A stretch of 64,000 nucleotides of DNA from Eledone cirrhosa (taxonomy: Eukaryota), in NCBI GenBank assembly GCA_964016885.1, contig OZ024756.1, positions 12,028,001 through 12,092,000 on the forward strand, in the 5' to 3' direction. Under the pieces are notes generated by a model. It ran no database searches and was not told where the DNA came from. It was given only the letters and a program-made list of their open reading frames with translations. The first letter of the stretch is position 1. Each line of letters begins with the position of its first letter. Position numbers and translations under genes: made by a program. Shown in pieces: positions 27,928-42,895 of the stretch.

Positions 27928-27989
27928 TTCTATTATATATATTTCAAGGGCAACCAAGGAAAATTATGGTGCGCTTTCATCAGATAAAA
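27928..27989 (-). ncRNA. Hammerhead ribozyme in cassette 27885-28048; decayed copy at 526-586
   Basis: ttttat-CTGATGA-aagcgcacca...tggttgccctt-GAAA-tatata-TA-atagaa. Confidence 0.75.
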
Positions 27990-28408
27990 TACAGATTTGT
28001 TTTATAAATAAATATTGACATCCCAACAAATTAAATATAACCTCTGCATATATATATATATCTTTAACGATCGACTTTCGTCTAATCGGACCGAGGGAAT
28101 AATGTTTCCGTTGGTCTTTCCAATTGCAAATACTATCTATCGGTCGCAACTCCAGGTAGAAGGAACAACGTGAAATAAAGTGTCTTGCTCAAGGACATAA
28201 CGCATCACCTGGTCTAGGAATCGAACTCACAACCTTACGATTGCGAAACCAATTCCCTAACCACTCAGCCACATGCCTTCACATATATAAATATATATGT
28301 ATATATATATATGTACAAATGGAAGTTCAGTAGAATCAAAGCACTGGTTGCGGCCATGCTAACGAATGCAATCCAGAATGTGCGGCTAAGCACTCAATAA
28401 ATTAGTTT

Positions 28409-28446
<38 letters not shown>

Positions 28447-28448
<2 letters not shown>

Positions 28449-28860
28449 GTTATACTTGGGGAGGGTCATATTGTTGTAATATTAATGCCAGAAATAATAA
28501 CAGAACACACTCACTGTTAAAATAAAATAAAAATGGCGTAGACATTACAATACATACAATACAACATGAGGAAACATAATAGAACCACTGATGATGTTGC
28601 AGATGTGCAACGAAAGAACTTTGTTAGACTATATATATGTATCTATATCATATCTGTATTTTTTAACCTTTGGTCAGTCAATGATAAACATTGAGGACCA
28701 AATGAATTAACTATGGAGATATAAAAGATACAAAACCAACCAAACAGTGAGTGGGTTCTGTTATTATTTCTGGCAATATTATTACAATATGACCCTCCCC
28801 AAGTATAACAATATTTGTTTCGACACACGATTTCATTTTCAAAAACCTAGCAAAACAAAC
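28447..28860 (+). mobile_element. Fold-back PLE-type cassette with a hammerhead motif at about 28584-28625
   Basis: Inverted arms 28447-28518 and 28743-28811. CTGATGA-t-gttgca-gatg-tgcaac-GAAA-gaac-TT. (TA)n on both sides. Confidence 0.8.
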
Positions 28861-29331
28861 ATATATATATATATATTTATATATATCATATATATATATA
28901 TATATCATATATGTATATATATCATATATATATATATATATATATATAGTAATTGTTTCTACTTTTGGCACAAGGCCAGCAATTATCCCAGTGCATTACT
29001 GGTTCTTTATTTTATCGACCCCGTAAGAATGAAAGGCAAAGTTAACATCGGCGGAATTTGAACTCAGAATGGCAAGGGCCGTAACTCTATGCGTCAAAGC
29101 ATGGCGTCCGACCCTCTACCGATACTACCAATCCACCGCCCTTATATATTTATAGTAATAATAATAAATGTGAAGACTAAAATCCAACGAGGGCTCGATA
29201 AGGATAAATATATATCAGATATATAAGAACCGCAGAGCAAATATTTATTAAAATAACAGATTAAAGTTTCAGAAAATCCCTTTAAGGGTGAAAGCAGCGA
29301 TTCTTTGCTTAAACTTTAATCTGTTATTTTA

Positions 29332-29363
<32 letters not shown>

Positions 29364-29504
29364 ATATATGTGTAAATATATATATATATCCCACCCTTGT
29401 AAGCAAGGAAAAAAGTAGACGTAAAATGAAAAAAAAAAAAAAAATGTGTATATATATATATATATATATCTGTATATATATATATATATGTATATATATA
29501 TAAT

Positions 29505-30991
29505 ATTAAAGATACTATTTATAGTTATGTATATACTATACTATAAACAACTATAAACAGGAAAGGTCAGTAATTTATTACTACCTTATTACCAGTAAGA
29601 GAAATAGCTCAATGTAAGATATTTTAAGATGTATAAATTACACAAGTATCAATGTTATGTTTAAAACATTTAATCGCTGACAATTGTTTCTTCCAAACTT
29701 AAGCTTGGAATCCTCGGAGCATTATCAATGTTTGTACATATAATTAACCTCCTATTCAACTGAAGAATCATACAGATACATATATATTGATGTTGTGGAC
29801 AACAGTTTCATGTTTACAGGGTGGAATGGCTGCGACATATATTATACGAGAATTGTACAATAATTCAAATTAAAACTAAAATTAAAAGCATAGAGTGGAA
29901 TACATGCGACAGATAATACAAGAGAATAGTCTAATAATTAAATTAAAGAGATAGTACATGCGTTAGTCATATATAAAGGAATGGAACAAGCAAATGTATC
30001 ATGCATATATGAGTACTGTATGGCAAGGTATTACATAAAATACAAGCACTTTAAGCGAATATGTTAGTGTATTATGGGGGATGCAATGCAATGATATTTT
30101 CTATATAGTTCAAATTTGTATGTGTGTAGAATATGAAAGTTACAGATTTCACATCCATTACATATGTTAAGTTATATCTGTATTGAATGCTTGTTATAGT
30201 AATGGATTGTAACTTGGTGCTATCGTATTCATATTTATGGATTAGAGTTGTTCTACTGCGAGAATTTTCAACGGTTTAATATCCGGAAGTGGATATGGAA
30301 TTAAGGGGAGGTAACTAGCTTATTATAATAATTAAATTCCTTGCTCTAATAGACATTATATAGTGCCTCAATTGAATCCCTTATATAAAAAGTTATATAT
30401 TTATATTTAATTTTAAATACAGTCTACTCTCTCATAATATATTAAAGGTTTCATTAGATTGTTGTCTACCCAATATTATATAGTGCCACAATTGAATCCC
30501 TTATATAAAAGTTATATATTTATATTTAATTTTAAATACAGTCTACTCTCTCATAATATATTAAAGGTTTCATTAGATTGTTGTCTACCCAATATTTGGC
30601 AAGATATGGAATAACGTATAGCTGTTTGCATAATAAATTAAATACACCCTTGAGTAAATAAATTAATCCTTCATATATAATTCATTGTTCCATATTACAT
30701 TTAAGTTAGATAAATCTCTTATGTTAATAAATTAATTTTAAATTAATTTTAATTTTAATCTTAATTTGAATTATTGTACAATTCTCGTATAATATATGTC
30801 GCAGCCATTCCACCCTGTAAACATGAAAATGTTGTCCACAACATCAATATATGTATATGATTCTTCAGTTGAATAGGAGGTTAATTATATGTACAAACAT
30901 TGATAAAGCTCCGAGGACTCCAAGCTTAAGTTTGGAAGAAACAATTGTCAGCGATTAAATGATTTAAACGTAACTTTGATACTTGTGTAAT
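29505..30991 (-). mobile_element. 5'-truncated Penelope-like insertion with inverted pseudo-LTRs, each carrying a hammerhead variant
   Basis: About 250-bp inverted repeat (29636-29885 and 30745-30991). Motifs at 29676-29720(-) and 30908-30952(+). Internal 120-bp tandem duplication. The interior looks like a decayed GIY-YIG end (weak). Confidence 0.75.
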
Positions 30992-30996
30992 CTATA

Positions 30997-31039
<43 letters not shown>

Positions 31040-31602
31040 ATATATATATATATATATGTGTGTATATATATATACATGTATATATATATATATGTGTGTG
31101 TGTATATATGAGTGTATATAAATTATTTAAAAAATAATGAATAAACAAAGAAACAGTTCCTTATATTAAAAAAAAAAAAATTCATTGTTTTACAATCGTT
31201 TCTAGGATATATATGAGTGTATATCTATATATATGTATGTGTATATATATGTGTGTGTGTATATACATATGTATATGTATATATATGATCTTTATATATC
31301 CTATGTAACTAGCCCCTTCCAAGTAAATGGCAGAAGAGTGTAAATATTAACCATTATCAGTAGGATGTGAATTCTAACTTTGATTCCTGCTTTCTTCATA
31401 TTGCTTCTTGTATTGATATATGAACTTATTATTGCTTCTATCTTTATCTCTTTCTCTCTCTTTCTCCCTCTCTCTCTTTCTCCAATCTCTCTCTTTCTCC
31501 CTCTCTCTCTTTCTCCAATCTCTCTCTTTCTCCAATCTCTTTCATTCCTCTCAACATTGCTTCTATTGTTATATTAAATCTTCCCATATTTGCCCTCTAA
31601 CC

Positions 31603-31679
<77 letters not shown>

Positions 31680-31734
31680 ACACTCTCTCTCTCTCTCTCT
31701 CTTCTCTTACCTACATATTGTTTTCTTCCTCCAG

Positions 31735-31785
31735 TTTGAAGAGTGCAATTGCCCAGATGAAGGTCTTCCTTCCTCAGACATCAAT
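31735..31785 (+). CDS. Host gene 51-bp exon (FEECNCPDEGLPSSDIN)
   Basis: Acceptor ttttcttcctccAG, donor GTAAGT, phase 0/0. Continues ...YQFI|FEEC in frame. Confidence 0.75.
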
Positions 31786-31860
31786 GTAAGTAATCAACAA
31801 TCTATTTTTTGGTTTCAAATTTTGTTTTCATTTCATTTTATTTATTTGTCTATTATATTT

Positions 31861-31901
<41 letters not shown>

Positions 31902-34124
31902 TTTTAAGTTTGTTGAATTCCAACAAATTAAATATAACCTTTGTATATATATATATATATATATATGTATTTGTTTATTGTATCTTGAATCACCATTATT
32001 TTGTCAGACAAAATATCTATTAAGTTCTGACCATATTTAGTTTCTGGGTTCAAATCCCTTTCCCATTCACCCTTCTGGGGGTCAATAAGTAACACATGTT
32101 TTATTTTAAAAAAAACAAAACATTTTACCACTTTATAAATCGTTGAGACAGGACCCATAACTCGGTGTTTGATGTTTGATATTCTCTGAGTATAAAAAGC
32201 ATTTGCAATGTTATGACTGACTAATTGTAATATTATGGCTATTTTTAAACATTTTATGAGTGTTTTAAATCTTTTAACCATCGTTTACCATGTAAGCACT
32301 GTGTGTAGTAATTGATACAGAATTTGAACTTACTACATAAAACAAGATTTAGAGCTGCACAAATCTTTGAGGCAGACGCCATGACCATCATCATCATCAT
32401 CGTCGTTTAACGTCCATCTTCCACGCTAGCATGGGTCTGGACAGGAATTGTCCCACTTGAGGCAAGATTGGTTGTCTTGCTCGTATAGGACTGTCTGGCA
32501 GGTTTTCTACGGCTGGATGCCCTTCCTAACACCAACCACGTTTACAGTGTGGACTTGGAGGTTTTTACCGTGTTACCTACATGGCCACATTACAGCGTGG
32601 ACTGTGTGTTTTTTTTTTTTTGTCGTGACACCTACACGACCTCATTTATTTAGGACTGGATGTTGTGCTGTTTTTAATAATGTAATGGAGCTATTTTAAA
32701 TATTTTGTCAATGTTTTAAGTCTTTTAACCATCATTGACCATGTATACACATGTAGCATTTAACATAAAATATAAATTCACTGCACAATATCAAATTTAG
32801 AACTACAAATGCAGGTGTTAACCACATATTGAAAGTATGAGTCAAGTTAATCCACTGATATTGGTGTTTGTTGAGGTTAGGGACCACAGCTGGGAGTCCT
32901 ACATGAATCTTCTTCATGCTACATCCACTTTAGGGACAAATGGAGATGTAGACTGCCTTGGCAACAGTATTTCTGTAAGGAGCAACTACCCTCAGATATG
33001 CAACACATTCTGATCATTAAAGGATTTGAGTGGCATTGTCATTGTTTAATCATTGTTTTTGAAACTTAATATCTGAGGGTAGTTGCTCCTTACAGAAATA
33101 AAGTTTGAAAAACAATGATTAAACAATGACAATGCCACTCAAATCCTTTGATGATCAGAATGTGTTACATTCATTACCATGGCTGATATGGTCAACACTA
33201 CAACATCCTCTCCCATTCTACATGTTTGATGAACTATTTGTTATATTTCTAAATATTCCTTCTTTCTTTGAGTCCTGTTGCAATAATAGGGTTGACGTGA
33301 TATATTCTGTCTTTGGTGTTTTGAACCTGAATGAAAGATGGCCTCTACGTATATTATTCAATAAAGAATCTCGAAGGGTTAACTTTAAATGATGTAAATA
33401 GACAAATGGAGATAAGCAAGTTTGTTAGATTTGAGATTCAAGTATGAGATATTCATTCAAACCCATGTTGATAACAAACTGCCTCAAACTACTAATTGTA
33501 TTACAATACTAAGCCATTAATTTTAAAGTGTTTATATTTATCTAAATATCTTCCATTGTGATTTTATGTAAGAACCTTTGTTAAGTTATGCACCAAACAC
33601 CAGCTTAAATCCCTACAATTTCTTGATTATTTTCAAAATTACCTGAAGTTCCTAGGCAGTGTTCTTTATTAAAAATATAGTATTAAAAGGGTTATTAAAG
33701 TGTATATATATTTATCTAAATATATTCCATCTTAATTTTTATATAAGAACCCATATTAAATTATTCTCCAACAACCAACCCTAAATTGCTTTTGGTTCTA
33801 TTTTAAAGTATTTATATATATCTGAAAACCTTCCATTGTTTTATGCAAGGATATTTGTTAAGATACATAAATTTCAAGCAGCATTTTTCATTAGAAATAT
33901 TGCAATGGAAGAGTTAAAAGTTAATGTTTACAATAATTGTTTCTACTTTTGGCACAAGGCCAGCAATTATCTCAGTGTATTACTGGTACTTTATTTTATC
34001 GACCCCATAAGGATGAAAGGCAAAGTTAATGTTTGATATTTACTTTTGATACCAATCCAGCCAAAATGAAACAAAGATTCTTACATGAAAATTTTAATGG
34101 AAGGTTTTTGGATTAATATAAACT

Positions 34125-35600
34125 AGCTACTGTCACAACACAGAGGCTACAGTTACAACACAGTGGCTACAGTCACAACACAATACCTACCGTCACAACA
34201 CACTGGCTACAGTTACAACATAGAAGCTACTGTCACAACACAATAGCTACAGTCACAACACAATAGCTACAGTCACAACACTGGCGACAGTCACAACACA
34301 ATACCTACCGTCACAACACACTGGCTACAGTCACAACACAGTAGCTACTGTCACAACACAATAGCTACTGTCACAACACACTGGCTACAGTCACAACACA
34401 ATGGCTACAGTCACAATACAATAGCTACAGTCACAACACAGCGGCTACAGTCACAACACAATACCTACTGTCACAACACACTGGCTACAGTCACAACACA
34501 GTAGCTACTGTCACAACACAATAGCTACTGTCACAACACACTGGCTACAGTCACAACACAGTGGCTACAGTCACAACACAATGGCTACAGTCACAATACA
34601 ATAGCTACAGTCACAACACAATACCTACTGTCACAACACAGTAGCTATTGTCACAACACAATAGCTACTGTCACAACACAATAGCTACTGTCACAACACA
34701 CTGGCTACAGTCACAACACAGTGACTACAGTCACAACACAATAGCTACTGTCACAACACACTGGCTACAGTCACAACAGAATAGCTACTGTCACAACACA
34801 CTGGCTACAGTCTCAACACAGTGGCTACTGTCACAACACACTGGCTACAGTCACAACACAATAGCTACAGTTACAACACAGTGGCTACAGTCACAACACA
34901 ATACCTACTGTCACAACACACTGGCTACAGTCACAACACAGTGACTACAGTCACAACACAATAGCTACTGTCACAACACAATAGCTACAGTCACAACACA
35001 ATAGCTACAGTCACAACACAATAGCTACAGTCACAACACAATAGCTACAGTCACAACATAGTGGCTACAGTCACAACACAGTGGCTACAGTCACAACACA
35101 ATAGCTACAGTCACAACACAATAGCTACAGTCACAACACAATAGCTACAGTCACAACACAATAGCTACAGTCACAACATAGTGGCTACAGTCACAACACA
35201 GTGGCTACAGTCACAACACAATAGCTACAGTCACAACACAATAGCTACAGTCACAACACAATAGCTACAGTCACAACACAATAGCTACAGTCACAACATA
35301 GTGGCTACAGTCACAACACAGTGGCTACAGTCACAACACAATAGCTACAGTCAGAACACAATAGCTACAGTCACAACACAATAGCTACAGTCACAACACA
35401 ATAGCTACAGTCACAACACAATAGCTACTGTCACAACACACTGGCTACAGTCACAACACAGTGGCTACAGTCACAACACAATAGCTACAGTCACAACACA
35501 ATAGCTACTGTCACAACACACTGGCTACAGTCACAACACAGTGGCTACAGTCACAACACAATAGCTACAGTCACAACACAATAGCTACTGTCACAACTCA
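34125..35600. repeat. 20-bp minisatellite (about 74 copies)
   Basis: Unit atagctacagtcacaacaca with variants gtgg/ctgg/atac and cag/ctg. Confidence 0.97.
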
Positions 35601-38110
35601 GGTGAATTTTAATTTTCCTTTTCTAGTGATGTCTTCACATTTGCAACTACTGTACTCATGTAATGGTGGTGGTGGTGGTTCTGGTAGTGATAATGGGAGG
35701 GATGATTGCTAACAGCGTCAGTACTAATGATTTCTAGTATAGGCACAAGGCCAACAATTTTGGGGAGGGGAAAGTCGATTAAATCGACCCCAGTACATTA
35801 CTGGTGCTTTATTTTATCGACCCCAGTACATTACTGGTGCTTTATTTTATCGACCCCGTAAGGATGAAAGGCAAAGTTAACCCTGGCGGGATTTGAACTC
35901 AGATCATAAAGGGCCATAACTCTATGCTACAAAGCATGATGTTTGATGCTTTAACGATATTGCCAATCCACTGCCCTAACAGCATTAGTAATAATTGTTT
36001 CTACTTTTGGCACAAGGCCAGCAATTATCCCAGTGTATTACTGGTACTTTATTTTATCGACCCCATAAGGATGAAAGGCAAAATCAACCTCGGCGGGATT
36101 TGAACTCAGATCATAAAGGGCCGTAACTCTATGCTGCAAAGTATGGCGTCCGACCCTCTACCGATACTGCCATTCCACCGCCCTAACAACATTAGTAATA
36201 ATAATAGTGGTTCTGGTGATGGTGGTTGTTATGGTGGAGGTGGTTGTGGCAGTTGTTGTTGTTGGTGCTGGTGGTTGTTGTATTGTTTGTGATGGTGTTG
36301 TTAGTGGTAGTTTATAGTTGTGGTGGTGGTGGTGGAGGTTGTGTTGTTGTTGATGGTGGTGGTGGAGGTTGTTGGTGATTATGGTGGTGTTGGAGGTTGT
36401 GTTGTTGGTGGTGGAGGTTGTGTTGTTGTTGATGGTGGTGGTGGTGGTGGTGGTGGTGGTGGTGGAGGTTGTGTTGTTGGTGGTGGTGGAGGTTGTGTTG
36501 TTGTTGGTGGTGGAGGTTGTGTTGTTGTTGATGGTGGTGGTGGAGGTTGTGTTGTTGTTGATGGTGGTGGTGGTGGTGGAGGTTGTGTTGTTGTTGATGG
36601 TGGTGGTGGTGGTGGAGGTTGTGTTGTTGTTGATGGTGGTGGTGGAGGTTGTGTTGTTGTTGATGGTGGTGGTGGAGGTTGTGTTGTTGATGGTGGTGGT
36701 TGTGGAGGTTGTGTTGTTGTTGGTGGTGGAGGTTGTGGAGGTTGTGTTGTTGTTGGTGGTGGAGGTTGTGGAGGTTGTGTTGTTGTTGGTGGTGGAGGTT
36801 GTGTTGTTGTTGGTGGTGGTGGTGGTGGAGGTTGTGTTGTTGGTGGTGGTGGTGGAGGTTGTGTTGTTGTTGGTGGTGGTGGTGGTGGAGGTTGTGTTGT
36901 TGTTGGTGGTGGTGGTGGAGGTTGTGTTGTTGTTGGTGGTGGTGGTGGAGGTTGTGTTGTTGTTGGTGGTGGTGGTGGTGGAGGTTGTGTTGTTGTTGGT
37001 GGTGGAGGTTGTGTTGTTGGTGGTGGTGGTGGTGGAGGTTGTGTTGGTGGTGGTGGTGGAGGTTGTGTTGTTGGTGTTGGAGGTTGTGTTGTTGGTGGTG
37101 GTGGTGGAGGTTGTGTTGTTGGTGGTGGTGGAGGTTGTGTTGTTGGTGGTGGTGGAGGTTGTGTTGTTGGTGGTGGTGGAGGTTGTGTTGTTGGTGGTGG
37201 TGGAGGTTGTGTTGTTGGTGGTGGTGGAGGTTGTGTTGTTGTTGGTGGTGGAGGTTGTGTTGTTGGTGGTGGTGGAGGTTGTGTTGTTGGTGGTGGTGGA
37301 GGTTGTGTTGTTGGTGGTGGTGGAGGTTGTGTTGTTGGTGGTGGTGGAGGTTGTGTTGTTGTTGGTGGTGGAGGTTGTGTTGTTGGTGGTGGTGGAGGTT
37401 GTGTTGTTGTTGGTGGTGGTGGAGGTTGTGTTGTTGGTGGTGGTGGAGGTTGTGTTGTTGTTGGTGGTGGTGGTGGAGGTTGTGTTGTTGTTGGTGGTGG
37501 AGGTTGTGTTGTTGGTGGTGGTGGAGGTTGTGTTGTTGTTGGTGGTGGTGGTGGAGGTTGTGTTGTTGGTGGTGGAGGTTGTGTTGTTGTTGGTGGTGGA
37601 GGTTGTGTTGTTGGTGGTGGTGGAGGTTGTGTTGTTGTTGGTGGTGGAGGTTGTGTTGTTGGTGGTGGTGGAGGTTGTGTTGTTGTTGGTGGTGGTGGTG
37701 GTGGTGGTGGTGGTGGAGGTTGTGTTGTTGGTGGTGGTGGAGGTTGTGTTGTTGTTGGTGGTGGAGGTTGTGTTGTTGGTGGTAGTGGTGGTTGTTGGTG
37801 ATTATGGTGGTGGTGGAGGTTGTGTTGTTGGTGGTGGTGGTGGTGGAGGTTTGCAGTGATGATTGTGGTGGTGGTGGTGGAGGTTGTATTGTTGATGATG
37901 ATGGTTGTGGTAGTAGTGGTGGTTATGATGATGGTATTAGTGGTAGTAGTAGTGGTAGTAGTAGCAGTATTCAGAGGTTGTTACATCGTGTTTGCTGCTG
38001 AAGTTGTTCTGTTGTATAAACTACAGAGAAAAACTTATGAATATATTCATGTCTGAGAGGAACTCCATATATTACATATAGCAGATGAGAGAGGCGGACA
38101 TATTGTCTAA

Positions 38111-38172
<62 letters not shown>

Positions 38173-38520
38173 GCTCTCTCTCTCTGTATATATGTATATA
38201 TATATGTATATATATATGTGTGTATGTTTCTCTCTCTTTCTCTATATATATATATATTCACTATTTTTTACTTCCACTTTACCATGCTTGCATGGGTTGG
38301 ACATGGACACACACACACTATATATATATATATATATCATCATCATCATCATCATCATCGATTAACGCCCACTTTATATATATATGTTGGTGGTGGTGGT
38401 GGTGGTGGTGGTGGTGGTGATGGTGGCAGTGATGATTGTGGTGGAGGTTGTGTTGTATATATATATATATGTTTATATTTATATATATACATATGATATT
38501 TTATTTATATATATATATGT

Positions 38521-38568
<48 letters not shown>

Positions 38569-38711
38569 GATATTTTATTTATATATATATATATATATAT
38601 AAATGTAAGTATGTATGTATAAGTAAGTGCCGTACTAAGAGTGAGAAATGAAATTTCGTTTTCATTTTATTACAACTTATATATATATATGATATTTTAT
38701 TTATATATATA

Positions 38712-38768
<57 letters not shown>

Positions 38769-38773
38769 GATAT

Positions 38774-38816
<43 letters not shown>

Positions 38817-39516
38817 ATATACACATATAATCAGCATCATTTAACGTCCGTTCTTCCATGCTGGCATATATATATATTGAGAGCGTGAGATAGATAGATA
38901 AATTGAGAGAGAGAGAGAGAGAGAGAGGGGGTTAGATGTAGACAGGTATTAGATCTGCATATACATATTTTTCTGAAAGCTTATACAGGCCGGCATCTCT
39001 TGACCATTAAAGAAATATTGAGAAATATTGTAGCAGACTCAACCTTTTAAAATGGCTTTTCACACCTCTTAGGCCATTTTAGCGACCTACCAATGTTTAT
39101 ATTCCTACAACTTTCTCTCAGTAGACAACACATACATATATAATTTTCAACATATTTATCATGGCAAGTGCCAATTGTGACCCAAAGAATATTGAAAGAA
39201 TTCTTTCTTATTCTTTTATTTTAATTATTTTTCTGGTTTTACTTTTCCTTTTTTTTTTTTTTTTCTTCTTCTATTCCTCTTATTTAAATCACTTCTGCCA
39301 CTTTACCAGGGTCATGGTAATGGAATCTATCTCACATTCTAAACTGGAACTGACAGATTAATAAAAGACTTTCAAAGATGTTGTAACTCTTAATGGTTTT
39401 GAAACTCACTCCTCACCCCTCACCCTCTCTCTTGTACTATTACTTTGGAAGTTCTTAACCGAGGCAGTTATAACTATCAACCTTGCACACATTCACTCTT
39501 TCCCTTTCTCTAGTTA

Positions 39517-39628
<112 letters not shown>

Positions 39629-41404
39629 CCTATATATATATATGTGTGTGTATCTAAACCAGTTTATCTATCTAACTCCTTAATGCTGAAATACTACCAC
39701 CATGGTCAATCAGATATATTAATGGAACTAACAACTCACCAAGTAAAACCTACAGCGACACTGATTTCTTTTATTTTTTTATTTTACCTTATCCAAGATG
39801 GTAGTGGCAAACATTTTCTTTCTGCGCCAGTTTGAAATCTTGAATTTGGTTATTCTAAATTCTTCATACATCTCAACTTTAAACGTATATCAAGTTTCTT
39901 TCTTTCCACTTTCTTTTGTACTAACTATAGCAGTAATTATTCTAAAATTGGAATTGTATAGTAGTGAAGGTAACATGGCCTCTATATGCCTTCCAAGGGT
40001 TACTATCAAAAGCAACTGTCCAATTGATCTGACTGGATACCCAAGCAAAACAAACCAAATTTATAGATGTTATTCAATAATCTTTCTCATGGTCTACCTC
40101 TGGTTCTCTTGCAGGCTGAGTTTACTTGTAAAACCTGCCCAACAATGTTTTCCTTAGACATTCTAACCACATGTTTGTAGTATCAGAGCTATGGTCTTCT
40201 TGGTTCAGAGAAATAGTGACTTCCTGATCTCTGAGCCACACACTCTATTGAGTAACATTACTCCAAAGATCCATTGGAGGAACTCCATTTTGGCTGCTTC
40301 TCGATTGTATTCTTTCAGTCATTACCCAAGATTCCTGATCATATGTAAGGGATGCCACAAATACTGAATTGAAGATAGTGAGATTAGCTTTTACACCTAC
40401 CTCCTTTCGTTTGATGCATTACTGCACCAGCTTCTGCAATTCTTGTATTTAATTCAACCTCCTGCCTTCCATTACTTGTGAGTGAAATTCCAATGAAGCC
40501 GGTGCAGAAGTTCAGGTATCACAGGGTCCTGCATAAGGGGGACATGCAGGAACAGAGAGCAGATTAGGCAGTATTTATATGTATGGCTCAGATATCTTTA
40601 ACCAAAATAATATGTTCATATGGTGTTTGATGCTCTTAGGACCTAAACTTAGAATGGGCTGGATTCATTAATTGTTTCGTTACTTTATTTCTAATGATAG
40701 ACACTGCCTATGATTATGAAATGTTCTCAAAAATATACAAGAATTTTAAGATTTGGTAATATCTAACTTTCTCCTTATGAGGGTGAGGGTTTTGGACAAT
40801 GACTTAACCTTTTCTATTGTTACAATATTTCTAATTAAAAATTGCATATAATTTTCAAATCATTTTGAAAATAATTAAGAATTTGGAAGGTTTTAGTAAT
40901 ATAACAGCCTCATCATTTAACTGGTGTTTGGAACATTGTTTAACAAAGGTTCTTAAAATGATGGTGAAAGATTTTTACTAGATGGTGCTTTTAGTACCTA
41001 AACTTAAAATTAGCTAGAATCATTAACTCTTTTTATTATATTTTTAATAAAAGACACTGGCAATGTTTTTCAAATCATTTTGAAAACAATCAAGGATTTG
41101 AAGGAACTTAGAAATTTTTGGTTTTGGGAGCATAAATTTAACAAAGGTTCCTACATAAAACTATAAGAGGTTTTTAAATAAATATAAACACTTTAACACC
41201 TGTAATCAAAAACATTTCAGCCAGGGTCATTCATTTATTAATTCATTTATTTTTTTTATATCTAGAGCTAAATTGTGTTTTTCTTTTAAAATGGCAATGT
41301 GTGAACCTTCCTTAAGTTATGTTCCAAATATCAGTTTAATAATGAGAAGGTTAGATTGCTAATTCCCTACAAATTCTTGATCATGTCCAAAATTATTTGA
41401 AAAT

Positions 41405-42895
41405 GATGGACAGTGTCTTTCATTAGAAATATGGTAATGAAAGCGTTAATAACATAGGCAGTGTCTTTTATTAGAAATACGGTAATGAAAGGGTTAAAGA
41501 CATAGACAGTGTCTTTCATTAGAAATATGGTAATGAAAGCGTTAATAACATAGGCAGTGTCTTTTATTAGAAATACGGTAATGAAAGGGTTAATGACATA
41601 GACAGTGTCTTTTATTAGAAATACGGTAATGAAAGGGTTAATGACATAGACAGTGTCTTTCATTAGAAATACGGTAATGAAAGCGTTAATAACATAGACA
41701 GTGTCTTTCATTAGAAATATGGTAATGAAAGGGTTAATGACATAGACAGTGTCTTTTATTAGAAATATGGTAATGAAAGGGTTAAAGACAGACTGTCTTT
41801 TATTAGAAATACGGTAATGAAAGGGTTAATGACATAGACAGTGTCTTTTATTAGAAATATGGTAATGAAAGGGTTAATGACATAGGCAGTGTCTTTCATT
41901 AGAAATATGGTAATGAAAGGGTTAATGACATAGGCAGTGTCTTTCATTAGAAATACGGTAATGAAAGGGTTAAAGACATAGACAGTGTCTTTTATTAGAA
42001 ATATGGTAATGAAAGGGTTAATGACATAGACAGTGTCTTTTATTAGAAATATGGTAATGAAAGGGTTAATGACATAGGCAGTGTCTTTCATTAGAAATAC
42101 GGTAATGAAAGGGTTAAAGACATAGACAGTGTCTTTTATTAGAAATATGGTAATGAAAGGGTTAATGACATAGACAGTGTCTTTTATTAGAAATATGGTA
42201 ATGAAAGGGTTAATGACATAGGCAGTGTCTTTCATTAGAAATATGGTAATGAAAGGGTTAATGACATAGGCAGTGTCTTTCATTAGAAATACGGTAATGA
42301 AAGGGTTAATGACATAGACAGTGTCTTTTATTAGAAATATGGTAATGAAAGGGTTAATGACATAGACAGTGTCTTTTATTAGAAATATGGTAATGAAAGG
42401 GTTAATGACATAGGCAGTGTCTTTCATTAGAAATATGGTAATGAAAGGGTTAATGACATAGACAGTGTCTTTCATTAGAAATATGGTAATGAAAGGGTTA
42501 ATGACATAGGCAGTGTCTTTCATTAGAAATACGGTAATGAAAGGGTTAAAGACATAGACAGTGTCTTTTATTAGAAATATGGTAATGAAAGGGTTAATGA
42601 CATAGGCAGTGTCTTTCATTAGAAATACGGTAATGAAAGGGTTAAAGACATAGACAGTGTCTTTTATTAGGAATATGGTAATGAAAGGGTTAATGACATA
42701 GACAGTGTCTTTCATTAGAAATATGGTAATGAAGGGGTTAAAGACATGGGCAGTGTCTTTCATTAGAAATATGGTAATGAAAGGGTTAATGACATAGACA
42801 GTGTCTTTCATTAGAAATACGGTAATGAAGGGGTTAAAGACATAGAGAGTGTCGAGAGTGTCTTTCATTAGAAATATGCTAATGAAAGGGTTATT
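41405..42895. repeat. 48-bp minisatellite (about 31 copies) made of a TTAA-MITE terminus; diverged sister array at 43035-43400
   Basis: Unit gacagtgtcttttattagaaatatggtaatgaaagggttaatgacata, continuous with MITE body sequence at 41300-41405. Confidence 0.92.

Noticed and set aside
33069-33105. CTGAGGG...GAAA hammerhead-like string
   Set aside because: A9 is missing and there is no convincing stem I, stem II or UH site.
36320-37859. GGGGCVV-repeat ORFs resembling structural proteins
   Set aside because: Open in all three frames, no signal peptide or splice context, and similar tracts occur in both orientations. Treated as simple repeat.
39800-40500. Possible very old LINE fragment on the minus strand
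   Set aside because: Too decayed to support by eye; needs a tBLASTn or Dfam search.
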